Shown here in pieces: positions 38,810 through 48,500 of a stretch of DNA of 64,000 nt. The position numbers were made by a program, and so were the translations under genes. A model generated the notes under the pieces. That model did no database searches. It worked only from the letters and a program-made list of their open reading frames with translations, and was not told where the DNA came from. How positions within the stretch are numbered: position 1 is the first letter of the stretch; each line of letters starts with the position of its first letter. Source of the DNA: Candidatus Hydrogenedentota bacterium (GTDB lineage: Bacteria; Hydrogenedentota; Hydrogenedentia; Hydrogenedentales; SLHB01); assembly GCA_963674865.2 (NCBI GenBank), contig CAXXYE010000009.1:1056001-1120000 (forward strand), in the 5' to 3' direction.

Positions 38810-39210
38810 GGGCCTTCTCTTCGAGAGTTGTACCGTCATCCCAATGGGCCGACGGCGGCTTCACGCTTATCGAGGTCATGGTGGCTCTCGCCATTCTCGC
38901 CACGGCCCTCTTTGTGCTGCTCGAAGCGCACTACGCCAGTCTTCAGATGTACGATGACAGCCGTGACGAGGTTACGAAGCGCACCCTCTGGGAATGGGCC
39001 ATCGGAAAGGCCAAGCTCGAAGTGTCCGCCGGCAACTTCAGCGGATCGGGTGAATTCTCCAAGCGATTTCCCGACATGTCCTACTCATTCGAAGCCTCTC
39101 CTATCGGCGACGACACGGGCGTCCAATTGCTCGAGGTGGTCGTAAGGATTACTTCCCCCCAGGAAGAGCGCGAAATGTCCTTTTTCGCATACGACATGAG
39201 GCCCATGTGA
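38806..39210 (+). CDS. gspI: Minor pseudopilin I
   Basis: GG/FTLIEVMVALAILA, 134 aa, LLEVVVRI C-terminal strand, and gene order. Confidence 0.8.
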   Translation: MRAFSSRVVPSSQWADGGFTLIEVMVALAILATALFVLLEAHYASLQMYDDSRDEVTKRTLWEWAIGKAKLEVSAGNFSGSGEFSKRFPDMSYSFEASPIGDDTGVQLLEVVVRITSPQEEREMSFFAYDMRPM

Positions 39211-40052
39211 TGCGCAAAGGATTTACACTGCTCGAACTCCTGGTTGCCATCACGATTCTTACCATCGTGATAGGTATCATTTACGCGAGCTTCGCCACGG
39301 TTACCGCCTCCGTCTCCAGTACCCGCGTCGACGCCGAAGAACTCCGGCTCCGCCAGTTCCTCGCCCGAAGCCTCACCCAGAATCTGTCCACCGCGTATGC
39401 CGATCTCGACCACCAGCGGCTCGAGTTCGGCTTTCGCGGCGTGAACGGCGAGGATACGGAAGATAGCCAGGATAGTCTCGAATTCTGCTCCACCTCGACG
39501 CTCATCGGCGGGATGGCTTTGCCCGGCGCGCTCAAAGTGGTCCGCTACGAGGTCATTCCCCAGGAGGAATCCGAATCGCTCTTCGATGATGACGAGAATG
39601 TGAGCGAATATGCGTTGACAGCGATGTTGCAGGCTGTGGAGACCCCTCTCCTGGTCGGCGGCGATGTCGCGCTTGACGATGCGGTGGGAGAGATCGAAGA
39701 CGCCGAGTCCGCCATGGCGGAACTCGGCCTCGATTCCCCAAGTTGGAGCGTGCCGATCGGTTCCATGGAGCTCGAGTACTTCGACGGAACGGAATGGGTG
39801 GAAGAGTGGGACTCGACTGAGCTGGGGCGGTTGCCCTGGGGCGTCCACGTCAAGATCAACTTCGCCAAGACCGAGGCCCAACTCGATGCTGATGAAGAAG
39901 ACGGGCTGGACCCGGATGAGGACCCCGATTTCGAGATGTTCATCCCCGTGCCCCTTGGCGTTGGGACTATCGAGGACGGCCAGATCATTGCGGATGTCAT
40001 CCGCAGGGGAGACGATGACGACGAAAGCTCGGAGCAGGAGAGCAAGAGATGA
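39210..40052 (+). CDS. gspJ: Minor pseudopilin J (very acidic)
   Basis: KG/FTLLELLVAITIL and LEYFDGTEWVEEWDS...LPWGVHVKI, which is the typical GspJ C-terminus. Confidence 0.82.
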   Translation: MRKGFTLLELLVAITILTIVIGIIYASFATVTASVSSTRVDAEELRLRQFLARSLTQNLSTAYADLDHQRLEFGFRGVNGEDTEDSQDSLEFCSTSTLIGGMALPGALKVVRYEVIPQEESESLFDDDENVSEYALTAMLQAVETPLLVGGDVALDDAVGEIEDAESAMAELGLDSPSWSVPIGSMELEYFDGTEWVEEWDSTELGRLPWGVHVKINFAKTEAQLDADEEDGLDPDEDPDFEMFIPVPLGVGTIEDGQIIADVIRRGDDDDESSEQESKR

Positions 40053-41158
40053 CGCCCTCCGCGCCGGCCAAGTACACCCCTCGGAGCAGGGCGAGACGTA
40101 ATGCATCTCGTGACGAGGGCGTCGCGCTGTTGTTGTCGTTGCTGTGCATTGTCTTACTCACGGCCATCATTGTCGAGTTCAGCTACGAGATGCAGGTCGA
40201 AGCCACCTACACAGGTAACGCCTTCGACGAGTTCGAGACCCGCATCGCCGCCGAATCCGCCATCGCGCAAGGACTGGCCCTGCTCGCCGGCGACGTGACG
40301 GGCGCCGATGCTGTCGGCGCCTCAGTTGATTATGACTGTCTTGAGGACATCTGGGCTCTCGGCATTCCGTACGAGTCGATCAACAATGCCGTGTTCCAGT
40401 GCTCCGTAGACGATGAATACGGCAAACTGAACCTCAACGCTCTATATCAGCGCGATGAAGGTGGCGAGCAGGCGAGTGATGAGCCCGACGAGCGCCTCGC
40501 CGAGATACTGCGGATTCTGTTTGAAGCACGAGGCGCCGAGGAAGATCCCGTAGACGCGATTCTGGATTGGCTCGATGCGGACGACGAGCCTCAACCCGAA
40601 GGCGCTGAGAACGAGTACTATGCTTCCCTCGATGTGCCCTACCCCTGTAAGAACGGGGCCATGGATGCTGTCGAGGAGCTTCTTCTGATTCGTGGCATCA
40701 CCCCCGAGATCTTCTTTGGCGATCCCGAACTCGACGAGGTCCCGCTGACGGAGCTTCTGACGGTGCATGGGCATTCTCAAGGCCGGATCAACGCGAACAC
40801 GGCGGAAAGAGAACTCCTTGCGGCAGTGTTTGAGCAGCGTGACGGCGACGCGGGCATTGCCGATTCCATCGTCGAAGAGCGCGAAGAGCAACCGTTCGAA
40901 TCCCTGGACGATCTTGTCCGTGCAGGCTATGAAGACCAGTCCGCGGAGGAATCACAGGCCACGTCATCCCAGCCAGGCGGCGAGCAGGAAGCCGCCTATG
41001 CGCCCCTGCTCGATGTTGCCGGGCACGTGTTTCGCATTCGGGGCGATGCCCAAGGCCGTGAGGCGCATGTCCGGATCGAGGCCTACGTGTGGCGCAATGT
41101 TGCCGCGGAGGAGACTGCCGAGCCCTTCCGGGTTCTGGATTGGAGAGAGGTGCGATGA
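40049..41158 (+). CDS. gspK: Minor pseudopilin K
   Basis: EG/VALLLSLL (no E5), DEYGKLNLN, DAILDWLDADD...GAENEYY, ELLLIRGI, GRINANTA. Confidence 0.92.
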   Translation: MTPSAPAKYTPRSRARRNASRDEGVALLLSLLCIVLLTAIIVEFSYEMQVEATYTGNAFDEFETRIAAESAIAQGLALLAGDVTGADAVGASVDYDCLEDIWALGIPYESINNAVFQCSVDDEYGKLNLNALYQRDEGGEQASDEPDERLAEILRILFEARGAEEDPVDAILDWLDADDEPQPEGAENEYYASLDVPYPCKNGAMDAVEELLLIRGITPEIFFGDPELDEVPLTELLTVHGHSQGRINANTAERELLAAVFEQRDGDAGIADSIVEEREEQPFESLDDLVRAGYEDQSAEESQATSSQPGGEQEAAYAPLLDVAGHVFRIRGDAQGREAHVRIEAYVWRNVAAEETAEPFRVLDWREVR

Positions 41159-42669
41159 AAGTTTCCGCAAGAATTGCCGCCTTCGAGTTCGCGGGCGACA
41201 CCGTCCGTCTCGCCGTCGTGAAGACGGGCGGCAAGACCCCTGTCATTCTGGAGGCCCTTGAGTCAAGGGCCCAGTACGCCGGCCCCGAAGAGCGGTTTGA
41301 TGCCCTTGTCCAAACCGTCCGGGATGTTGTTGGTAAGGTTAAGACTCGCAAGCCCGTCTACGTGCTCTCCGCTTCGAGCGCCTACAGCGTGGTTCGCGTG
41401 CTCAAAGTCCCGTTCCGCGGGGCGAAACGCGTCGCCGCCGCAGTCCGGTTCGAACTCGAACCTTACCTCGCGTTCTCTATCGAAGAACTCGTCGTGGACT
41501 TCAGTCCGATCCGCGAGAAGGACGGCGGAACGGAAGTGCTTGCGGTTGGCATGCGGCACGCGGTGCTCGCCGAACAAGTGGCTGTTCTCCGTGAGGCCGG
41601 CGTGGACCCCGAGGGCATCAACATTGATGTGGCGGGGCTGACCTCTCTTTGGCAGGCCGCACTAGGCCCGGGGGGCGGGCTGCGGGCCGCCCTGCATGTG
41701 CGCCAGGATGGAGCCATACTTTCCGTAATCGATGGCAAGTCGCTGGTGTACTTCCGACACCTTGCCGTTTCGGCCGCACAAGTGCATGCCAGTCCCAATG
41801 CGGCTGCGCGCGAGGTCCAGAACCTCATCCGCGCCTTCGTGGCCACGCGGGAGGGCGAGCAGGAGATCGCCTCCCTCACGGTCACCGGCGTGGACCTCTT
41901 CGAGGAAGAGAAGCGGCTGTTCGAGGAACATCTCCAGATTCCCGCCGACTATGTTGATTTGCTTTCCGGCGTCAAGGGGGCTCAGATCGCCCGTGAAGCC
42001 GGCCCATCTCCTGAAAGCGCCGATGAGCAATCCAACGCTTGGGAACCTGTTGTCGGTATAGCCGCGTGTGCCGCCGGCGACGGCCTTTGGTACGAGTTCC
42101 GCAAAGGACCTCTGCGCCGATCTCAGGCCTGGCGCGGTGCGATTACGCACGCAGTCTTCTCGGCCGGCTTGGCCGCACTGCTCTTGATAGGCTACGTTGG
42201 ATTCTGCTTCGCGGATTACCGCAACAGGATGAACGAAATCGAGCTTGTTGGCGAAGACATCCGCGCCATTTTCAAAGAGTGCTACCCCGGCGCGCCCGCC
42301 GTAAAGGACCCTCCTGCCAATGATTTTGGCGGGATGCAGTCCTTCCAGGCGATGGCCACCCTTCATGAGAGTTTCAGCGGCCCCGCCGAGGAGCTCCAGG
42401 TGAGTCTGTTCAGTCGCCCGACCCTGCTCGACATTCTGCTCGAATTGGCACAGAAGATGCCCGCCAAGTACGTCACACTGACGGAACTCCGCCTTCAAGG
42501 CGGCAAGACCCCCGAGCTTGTTATTGCGGGCGACGTCAACGACCCCAACGGATTTAATGAAGTCCTTCAGGCACTCAAGCAGTCCCCCCTCTTCGCAACG
42601 GTGAGTGAGCCACAGCGTCGCGCCGAGGCCGGCGGGAAATCTACTTTCGAAATACGTGCGAGGTTCTAG
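41155..42669 (+). CDS. gspL: Type II secretion protein L (PilM-like cytoplasmic domain + TM + PilN-like domain)
   Basis: VRVLKVPF...AVRFELEPYLAFSIEELVVDF, a single TM, then periplasmic LDILLELAQKMP...LKQSPLF. Lies between K and M. Confidence 0.82.
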   Translation: MKVSARIAAFEFAGDTVRLAVVKTGGKTPVILEALESRAQYAGPEERFDALVQTVRDVVGKVKTRKPVYVLSASSAYSVVRVLKVPFRGAKRVAAAVRFELEPYLAFSIEELVVDFSPIREKDGGTEVLAVGMRHAVLAEQVAVLREAGVDPEGINIDVAGLTSLWQAALGPGGGLRAALHVRQDGAILSVIDGKSLVYFRHLAVSAAQVHASPNAAAREVQNLIRAFVATREGEQEIASLTVTGVDLFEEEKRLFEEHLQIPADYVDLLSGVKGAQIAREAGPSPESADEQSNAWEPVVGIAACAAGDGLWYEFRKGPLRRSQAWRGAITHAVFSAGLAALLLIGYVGFCFADYRNRMNEIELVGEDIRAIFKECYPGAPAVKDPPANDFGGMQSFQAMATLHESFSGPAEELQVSLFSRPTLLDILLELAQKMPAKYVTLTELRLQGGKTPELVIAGDVNDPNGFNEVLQALKQSPLFATVSEPQRRAEAGGKSTFEIRARF

Positions 42670-42673
42670 CAAC

Positions 42674-43207
42674 ATGGCCATGTCGAAGCTCAATCTGCAG
42701 AAACGCGAGAAGATCGTCCTTGGTTGCGGCGCCGGAGCCGTCGTCTTGCTTGCCGCTTACCTTCTCATGCAGCGCCCCATCAACGAGTACAAGCGCTCGG
42801 TTGAAGCCCTGACGCGCGCTAGACAGTGCCAGGCCCTGGCTGAGGGGTGGCGGGAAGAAGTCCGAAGTGCCCGTGGCGGCCAGGAAGAGTTAGCGCAGCG
42901 TATCCGGGCCCGTGGGCCGCGTTTTGACCTCTGGACGCATATCGGCAGTGCCCTCCGCGCGGCCCAATTGCAGGACCGCGGAGACTTCGAGAGTAAGCGC
43001 AGCGTACTTTCCTCGGGAGCGCTCGCGGAGGTCGAACTCACCTTGAGAGGCGTTACCATGGAGGAACTCGTCGACCTATTGCATAGGATCTATGCAGGCG
43101 ACAACCTTGTGGTCTTGTACAAGCTCACCCACATTCGCGCGGAAAACGACGGCAAGGGCCTCTCTTGCCAGATGACATGGATTTCCCCGCGCCCGCAGAA
43201 GCCATGA
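42674..43207 (+). CDS. gspM: Type II secretion protein M-like
   Basis: LQKREKIVL followed by TM and coiled coil, then VELTLRGVTMEELVDLL ferredoxin-like segment. Confidence 0.8.
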   Translation: MAMSKLNLQKREKIVLGCGAGAVVLLAAYLLMQRPINEYKRSVEALTRARQCQALAEGWREEVRSARGGQEELAQRIRARGPRFDLWTHIGSALRAAQLQDRGDFESKRSVLSSGALAEVELTLRGVTMEELVDLLHRIYAGDNLVVLYKLTHIRAENDGKGLSCQMTWISPRPQKP

Positions 43208-43723
43208 CGGTATGTCCTTGCGGCACATCCAAAATGGCCTCTTGGACCTCGGTGCCGCCAGTCTCCTGTCCCCGATGATGGGACGCCGAAGTATCTGAGC
43301 CGTGGAGGTCGCACGTACCTGCGATAGAAGTCCCGCGGCGCCGGATGGTTTGGCGTGCGGCGCCGTCGGCGGCCCGCCCACTGGGGAAAATGGCTTGACT
43401 TCCCAACGCTCATAGGCCAAAATGCCAGATCAGCCAATGGATCTCCCGCATGACACTTAGACATTGGCTGTGTGCCGTATGGGTGGCAAGCAAGACGGCG
43501 CCATGGCCACGGGATGCACTACGTCCTGAAGAAGGTGCGCGAAGAACAATCGCCGAGGGATGTTGCCGGTGGCCGAATGGGCACTCTCTCCCAGCGAGGC
43601 ATTGTGACGAAGATCCTATCCGAACAATGGAAAAGACCTAGGCCTTTGAGAGTACGATGGGTTAACTGTTGACATAAATGCACGTAAGTGCAATGGAATC
43701 AACGTTATCTATCAGTATTTACA

Positions 43724-43753
43724 TTGACAAGTTTGCCCTGTGTCTGGTAAAGT
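43724..43753 (+). promoter_or_regulatory. Putative sigma70 promoter of the second (PilT-containing) operon
   Basis: TTGACA (43724-43729), 18-bp spacer ending TGG, TAAAGT (43748-43753), in an AT-rich tract. A second TTGACA lies at 43669. Confidence 0.6.
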
Positions 43754-43780
43754 TTTTGTGGAAAAAGAGGACTGTGTACC

Positions 43781-45631
43781 ATGCAGCAGCAGGCGTACAG
43801 CATGTTCGGCGAGCGTCTTGTCGAGCGAGGCGTTATCAGCCAGAAACAACTCGACGAAGCGATTCACAAACAGCAGACCACCATGGGCCGTCGGAAGCTC
43901 GGCGAGATTCTGGTACGCCTCGGCTACATAAGTAAGAATCACATTTCCGACGGCCTCGCCGATCAACTCGGCATTCCCATCATCAAGCTCTCCGATCGGG
44001 AAATCCCTGAGCGTATCCGAAATCTCGTTGATCCGGGCGTCGCCACTTTGTACCGGGTTATCCCTGTCGAAGAAAACGGCAGTGCGCTCGTGATCGCAAC
44101 CGCCGATCCAACGAATATCAACAACATCGACAATCTCGGCCGTCTTCTCGACAGGCCCATCGAAACCGTCCTCGCCTCCGATGAGGAGATTAGCCAGGCG
44201 CTGGCCAAGTATTACGGCCTTTCCGAGACCACCGTCGAAACCATGCTATCGACGGTTAGCAGCGCCAGCACCATGAGTACGTTGAGCACCATGTCCAACG
44301 TGAGTTCCCTCGGCTCTTCCATGAGCAGCCTAGGAAGCATGAGCGGCAGCGACATCAGTCTCAGCAGCATCAGCGTGGACAGTGTCGATTTCGACGGGGA
44401 TGCCGGCGTCGCCGATGACGAGGAGGATGAGGACGACAGCCCGGTTATCCGATACGTGCACAATCTCATTCTCGAGGCATTCCGCCTTCGTGCCAGTGAC
44501 ATCCACGTCGAGCCCGGGAAACTGGACACCAAGGTCCGTTACCGGATCGATGGTGTGCTTCATATTATGCCCGCACCCCCGAAGCGGGCGCAGGCAGCCA
44601 TCATTTCGCGCCTTAAGATCCTTGCGGGCATGGACATTGCCGAGCGGCGCGTTCCTCAGGACGGCCGCATCAAACTCAACCTTGCCGGCAAGATGGTCGA
44701 CTTGCGCGTCAGTGCGCTTCCGGGAACCCATGGTGAAAGCATGGTGCTCCGTATCCTCGACAAGAGCGGCCTGATGCTCGGATTGGGGCAGCTTGGCTTC
44801 TGCGCGGAAGACCAGAAGCAATGGGAGAAGCTTCTGGCGCACTCGACCGGCGTTGTGCTCGTAACCGGCCCAACAGGCTCCGGCAAGACGACGACCCTCT
44901 ACGGCTCGCTGCACAATCTCAACAAGCCCGAGGTGAAGCTTGTTACCGTTGAGGATCCTGTCGAGTACCAGTTGAACGGGATCAATCAGGTGCAGATCCA
45001 TCACGAGATCGGCTGGGACTTCGCCCGTGCGCTTCGCTCCATATTCCGTCAAGACCCCGATGTCGTGATGGTCGGTGAGATTCGCGACCACGAGACCGCT
45101 GAGATCGCCATCAAGGCGGCCCTTACCGGCCATTTGGTGTTCTCCACACTGCACACGAACGACGCACCCAGCTCGGTGATTCGACTCGTCGATATCGGTA
45201 TCAAGCCCTTCCTGGTTGCGTCCGGTGTGCGCGCCATCCTGGCCCAACGGCTTGTACGGACGATCTGTGCGAGCTGCAAAGAGCCCTACACGCCCGACGA
45301 GGAAGAGATTAGCCGCCTCGGGCTAGATTTCGACTTCAGCAAAGTTGAGCTTTACCACGGCGTCGGATGCGAGAACTGCAATCACACCGGCTACCAAGGG
45401 CGCTTGGGAGTGTTCGAACTTCTCATCATGTCCGAGAGGCTCCGGCGCCTCGTCATGGCGAGCGAGTCTGCCAGCACGTTGCGCAAGGTGGCCCGCATCG
45501 AGGGCATGGCGTCCATGCGCGAGGACGGTTTGCGTAAGGTTTTGAACGGGGTGACGACCATTTCCGAGGTACTCCGCGTTACCCAGCCCGTCGAGCCGCT
45601 CGACGAGATCATGGAGAAGGAGGCGGTATAG
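43781..45631 (+). CDS. pilB: PilB/GspE family assembly ATPase (paralog 2) with MshEN-like N-terminus and Ser/Thr/Met-rich linker
   Basis: KLGEILVRLG, ASDIHVEP, GPTGSGKT, FRQDPDVVMVGEIRD, CASC...CENC. Confidence 0.88.
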   Translation: MQQQAYSMFGERLVERGVISQKQLDEAIHKQQTTMGRRKLGEILVRLGYISKNHISDGLADQLGIPIIKLSDREIPERIRNLVDPGVATLYRVIPVEENGSALVIATADPTNINNIDNLGRLLDRPIETVLASDEEISQALAKYYGLSETTVETMLSTVSSASTMSTLSTMSNVSSLGSSMSSLGSMSGSDISLSSISVDSVDFDGDAGVADDEEDEDDSPVIRYVHNLILEAFRLRASDIHVEPGKLDTKVRYRIDGVLHIMPAPPKRAQAAIISRLKILAGMDIAERRVPQDGRIKLNLAGKMVDLRVSALPGTHGESMVLRILDKSGLMLGLGQLGFCAEDQKQWEKLLAHSTGVVLVTGPTGSGKTTTLYGSLHNLNKPEVKLVTVEDPVEYQLNGINQVQIHHEIGWDFARALRSIFRQDPDVVMVGEIRDHETAEIAIKAALTGHLVFSTLHTNDAPSSVIRLVDIGIKPFLVASGVRAILAQRLVRTICASCKEPYTPDEEEISRLGLDFDFSKVELYHGVGCENCNHTGYQGRLGVFELLIMSERLRRLVMASESASTLRKVARIEGMASMREDGLRKVLNGVTTISEVLRVTQPVEPLDEIMEKEAV

Positions 45632-46728
45632 TGGCTTACGAGATGGTCAGTCTCATCAAGATGCTTATCGATCGGGATGGCTCCGATCTACATCTTGCCG
45701 TGGACAATCCTCCCGTCGGGCGTGTCCATGGCCACCTCCAGTTTTTTGGAGAGCCGCCCCTGACCGGCGAGGACACGGAGCGGCTTATGAAGAGCATCGC
45801 CTCCGTCGACAACCAGCAGGAGCTGCAGGAGGTCGGCGGCGCTGACTTCGGTTTCGCCTTCGAAGACGTTGCCCGCTTCCGCGTGTCGATTTTCAAGCAG
45901 CGTGGCTGCGTCGGGGCGGTCCTGCGTTTGATTCCCCGGCATATCATGTCGTTTGAGGAACTCGGACTGCCGCTGATTTTACAGGAAGTGATAACGCAGC
46001 CCCGCGGCATGATCCTTGTCACAGGCCCGACAGGTTCCGGCAAAACCACCTCCCTGGCCACCATGATCGACTGGCTCAACACAAACTTCGACCATCACAT
46101 CATTACCGTCGAAGATCCCATCGAGTACTACCACAACCACAAGCGGAGCATCATTACGCAGCGCGAAGTCGGCGTCGACGTCCCCACATTTGCCGAAGCC
46201 CTTCGGCGCGCTCTACGACAGGACCCCGACATCATTCTGGTCGGAGAAATGCGCGACCTTGAAACCATTGAGGCGGCCATCACCGCGGCCGAGACCGGCC
46301 ACCTTGTGTTCGGGACGCTGCATACGACGGGCGCCGTCCGTACCATCGACCGTATCGTTGATGCCTTCCCCACTAATCAACAAGAGCAGATTCGTACTCA
46401 GCTTGCCGGTAACCTGAGGGCCGTGATCTCGCAGACTCTTGTGCCTCGAAAGAGCGGCTTCGGCCGTGTGGCTGCTTTCGAGATTATGGTTTCGACGCCG
46501 GCCATTCAGAATCTCATCCGCGAGAACAAGTCGTACCGCATTACCTCCTCCATCCAAACCGGCCACAAGTACGGTATGAACCTGCTGGATGAGCACCTGC
46601 TTGCGCTGTATCGCAAAGGCATTATCAAATACGAGGATGCCATGCTGAAGTGTCAGGAGCCGCAGGAGTTCGAGCAGAACGTCCGCAACCTGGATCCCAA
46701 CGCAACCCCAGCGGGCGCCCCCGCATAG
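45631..46728 (+). CDS. pilT: Type IV pilus retraction ATPase
   Basis: GSDLHL, GPTGSGKTTSLA, EDPIEY, QREVG, ALRQDPDIILVGEMRD, AETGHLVFGTLHT, AIQNLIRE (AIRNLIRE motif). No Zn motif. Confidence 0.95.
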   Translation: MAYEMVSLIKMLIDRDGSDLHLAVDNPPVGRVHGHLQFFGEPPLTGEDTERLMKSIASVDNQQELQEVGGADFGFAFEDVARFRVSIFKQRGCVGAVLRLIPRHIMSFEELGLPLILQEVITQPRGMILVTGPTGSGKTTSLATMIDWLNTNFDHHIITVEDPIEYYHNHKRSIITQREVGVDVPTFAEALRRALRQDPDIILVGEMRDLETIEAAITAAETGHLVFGTLHTTGAVRTIDRIVDAFPTNQQEQIRTQLAGNLRAVISQTLVPRKSGFGRVAAFEIMVSTPAIQNLIRENKSYRITSSIQTGHKYGMNLLDEHLLALYRKGIIKYEDAMLKCQEPQEFEQNVRNLDPNATPAGAPA

Positions 46729-46743
46729 TGTAAGGATTGCGCC

Positions 46744-48486
46744 ATGGCCGTAGCGAAAGAGAGACAGCTTGGCGATATTCTGGTCGAGCAGGGCGTTATC
46801 AGCCCGCTTGAGCTGGACGAGGCTATCCAACGACAGCGCCTCACCGGCGACATGCTCGGCCGCGTTCTCGTCAAGATGGGCCTCTGCGAGGAGCAAGACG
46901 TCGTCGAAGCCCTCGGGCTGCAAGCCGGCATGGAGCGTGTGGACCTCACGAAACTCCAGATTAAGGATGACGTCCTGCGCAAGATCTCGCCGGACGTCGC
47001 CCGCTTCTACAACATCATCCCCGTGCGCGAAAACGAGAATATCCTCACGGTTGCCATGGCCGATCCGCTCAACCTGGGTGTTCTGGACGACCTGCAGCAG
47101 ATTGTAGGTTGCGAGGTCCGCGGCGCCATTAGCAATCAGCAGGATGTGGCCGCCGCCCTCAAAGATAACTACGCCTACGAGGGCGATTCGGTACACGAGA
47201 CCCTGAACGAACTTGTCGAGCGCGTGGGGGATGGGGAGCTTTCGCTCGAAGAGCTTGGCCAGCAAGAGATCATCTCCGACGTCGACAACCTGATCGAGTT
47301 GTCTCAGGAGCCCGAGATCATCAAGATCGTTAATCTCGTCCTCCTTGAAGCCGTTCAGAAGCGCGCCTCCGACATCCACTTTGAGGTATACGAGGAGGAC
47401 TTCCGCATCCGCATACGCGTTGACGGCGTCCTCCAGGAGATCGTCAGCCCCGCGAAAGCGCTTTCCCTAGCCCTCGTATCGCGCGTCAAGGTTATGTCGA
47501 ACATGGACATCGGTGAGCGGCGCCTTCCCCAGGACGCACGCATCGAACTCAAGATAGGTGATAGCGAGATCGACGTCCGCGTCGCCACTCTGCCCACGCT
47601 CTTTGGCGAGGGTGTTGTGCTGCGTATCCTGGACCGGACCGCCGTTCAGGTTGACCTCGAGAAGCTCGGTTTCAGCGCCCTCGTGCTCAAGGGAATCCGA
47701 GGCGTCATCCAGAAACCCAATGGCATTCTTCTCGTGACGGGCCCTACCGGTTCCGGCAAGACAACCACCCTCTATGCCTGTTTGCAGGAATTGAACACCG
47801 TCGAGGTGAAGATCATCACTACGGAGGACCCCGTCGAGCTGGAGCTCGAGCGGGTGGTCCAAGTCCAGGTCCGCGAAGAGGTCGGGCTGACCTTCGCCAG
47901 TTGCCTCCGCTCCATTCTGCGTCAGGACCCCGACATTGTCATGGTCGGTGAGATCCGCGACCTCGAAACCGCCGAGATCGCCGTTGAGGCGTCACTCACG
48001 GGCCATATTGTGTTGAGCACCCTCCACACCAACAGCGCCCCTGAAACCATTACTCGTCTGCTGGATATGGATGTTGAGCCCTTCCTGATCACCTCATCCC
48101 TCGAGGGCGTTCTTGCCCAGCGGCTTGTCCGCGTGCTTTGTCGCCATTGCCGCGAGCCTTACAAGGCCGACGATGAAGAGATGGATATGCTTGGACTGCC
48201 CGAAAGCTACCGCAAGTCCGGCAACCTCCGCCTCTGGCGGCCCAAGGGCTGCCCTGCCTGTGACTTCGCGGGATACATGGGCCGCACCGGCCTCTTCGAA
48301 TTGCTCGTCGTTGACGACGTTGTCCGCGAAATGATCCTTGATCGCGCCATGGCCCAGGACCTGCGCAAGTACGCCCGCGCAACGCTCGGCATGAGGACTC
48401 TCCGCGAGGAAGGTATCATCAAGTGCGTCCAGGGCATCACAAGTCCTCGAGAGATCATCATGCATACCGACAAGTTTGACGACTGA
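46744..48486 (+). CDS. pilB: PilB/GspE family assembly ATPase (paralog 3) with MshEN-like N-terminus
   Basis: QLGDILVEQGVI...MLGRVLVKMG, AMADPLN, ASDIHFE, GPTGSGKT, LRQDPD, CRHC...CPAC. Confidence 0.9.
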   Translation: MAVAKERQLGDILVEQGVISPLELDEAIQRQRLTGDMLGRVLVKMGLCEEQDVVEALGLQAGMERVDLTKLQIKDDVLRKISPDVARFYNIIPVRENENILTVAMADPLNLGVLDDLQQIVGCEVRGAISNQQDVAAALKDNYAYEGDSVHETLNELVERVGDGELSLEELGQQEIISDVDNLIELSQEPEIIKIVNLVLLEAVQKRASDIHFEVYEEDFRIRIRVDGVLQEIVSPAKALSLALVSRVKVMSNMDIGERRLPQDARIELKIGDSEIDVRVATLPTLFGEGVVLRILDRTAVQVDLEKLGFSALVLKGIRGVIQKPNGILLVTGPTGSGKTTTLYACLQELNTVEVKIITTEDPVELELERVVQVQVREEVGLTFASCLRSILRQDPDIVMVGEIRDLETAEIAVEASLTGHIVLSTLHTNSAPETITRLLDMDVEPFLITSSLEGVLAQRLVRVLCRHCREPYKADDEEMDMLGLPESYRKSGNLRLWRPKGCPACDFAGYMGRTGLFELLVVDDVVREMILDRAMAQDLRKYARATLGMRTLREEGIIKCVQGITSPREIIMHTDKFDD

Positions 48487-48500
48487 GAGGAGATCCAGTC

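Noticed and set aside
43450..43672. Small ORFs after gspM as a gspN remnant
   Set aside because: No TM segment or GspN-like features, and the region looks regulatory.
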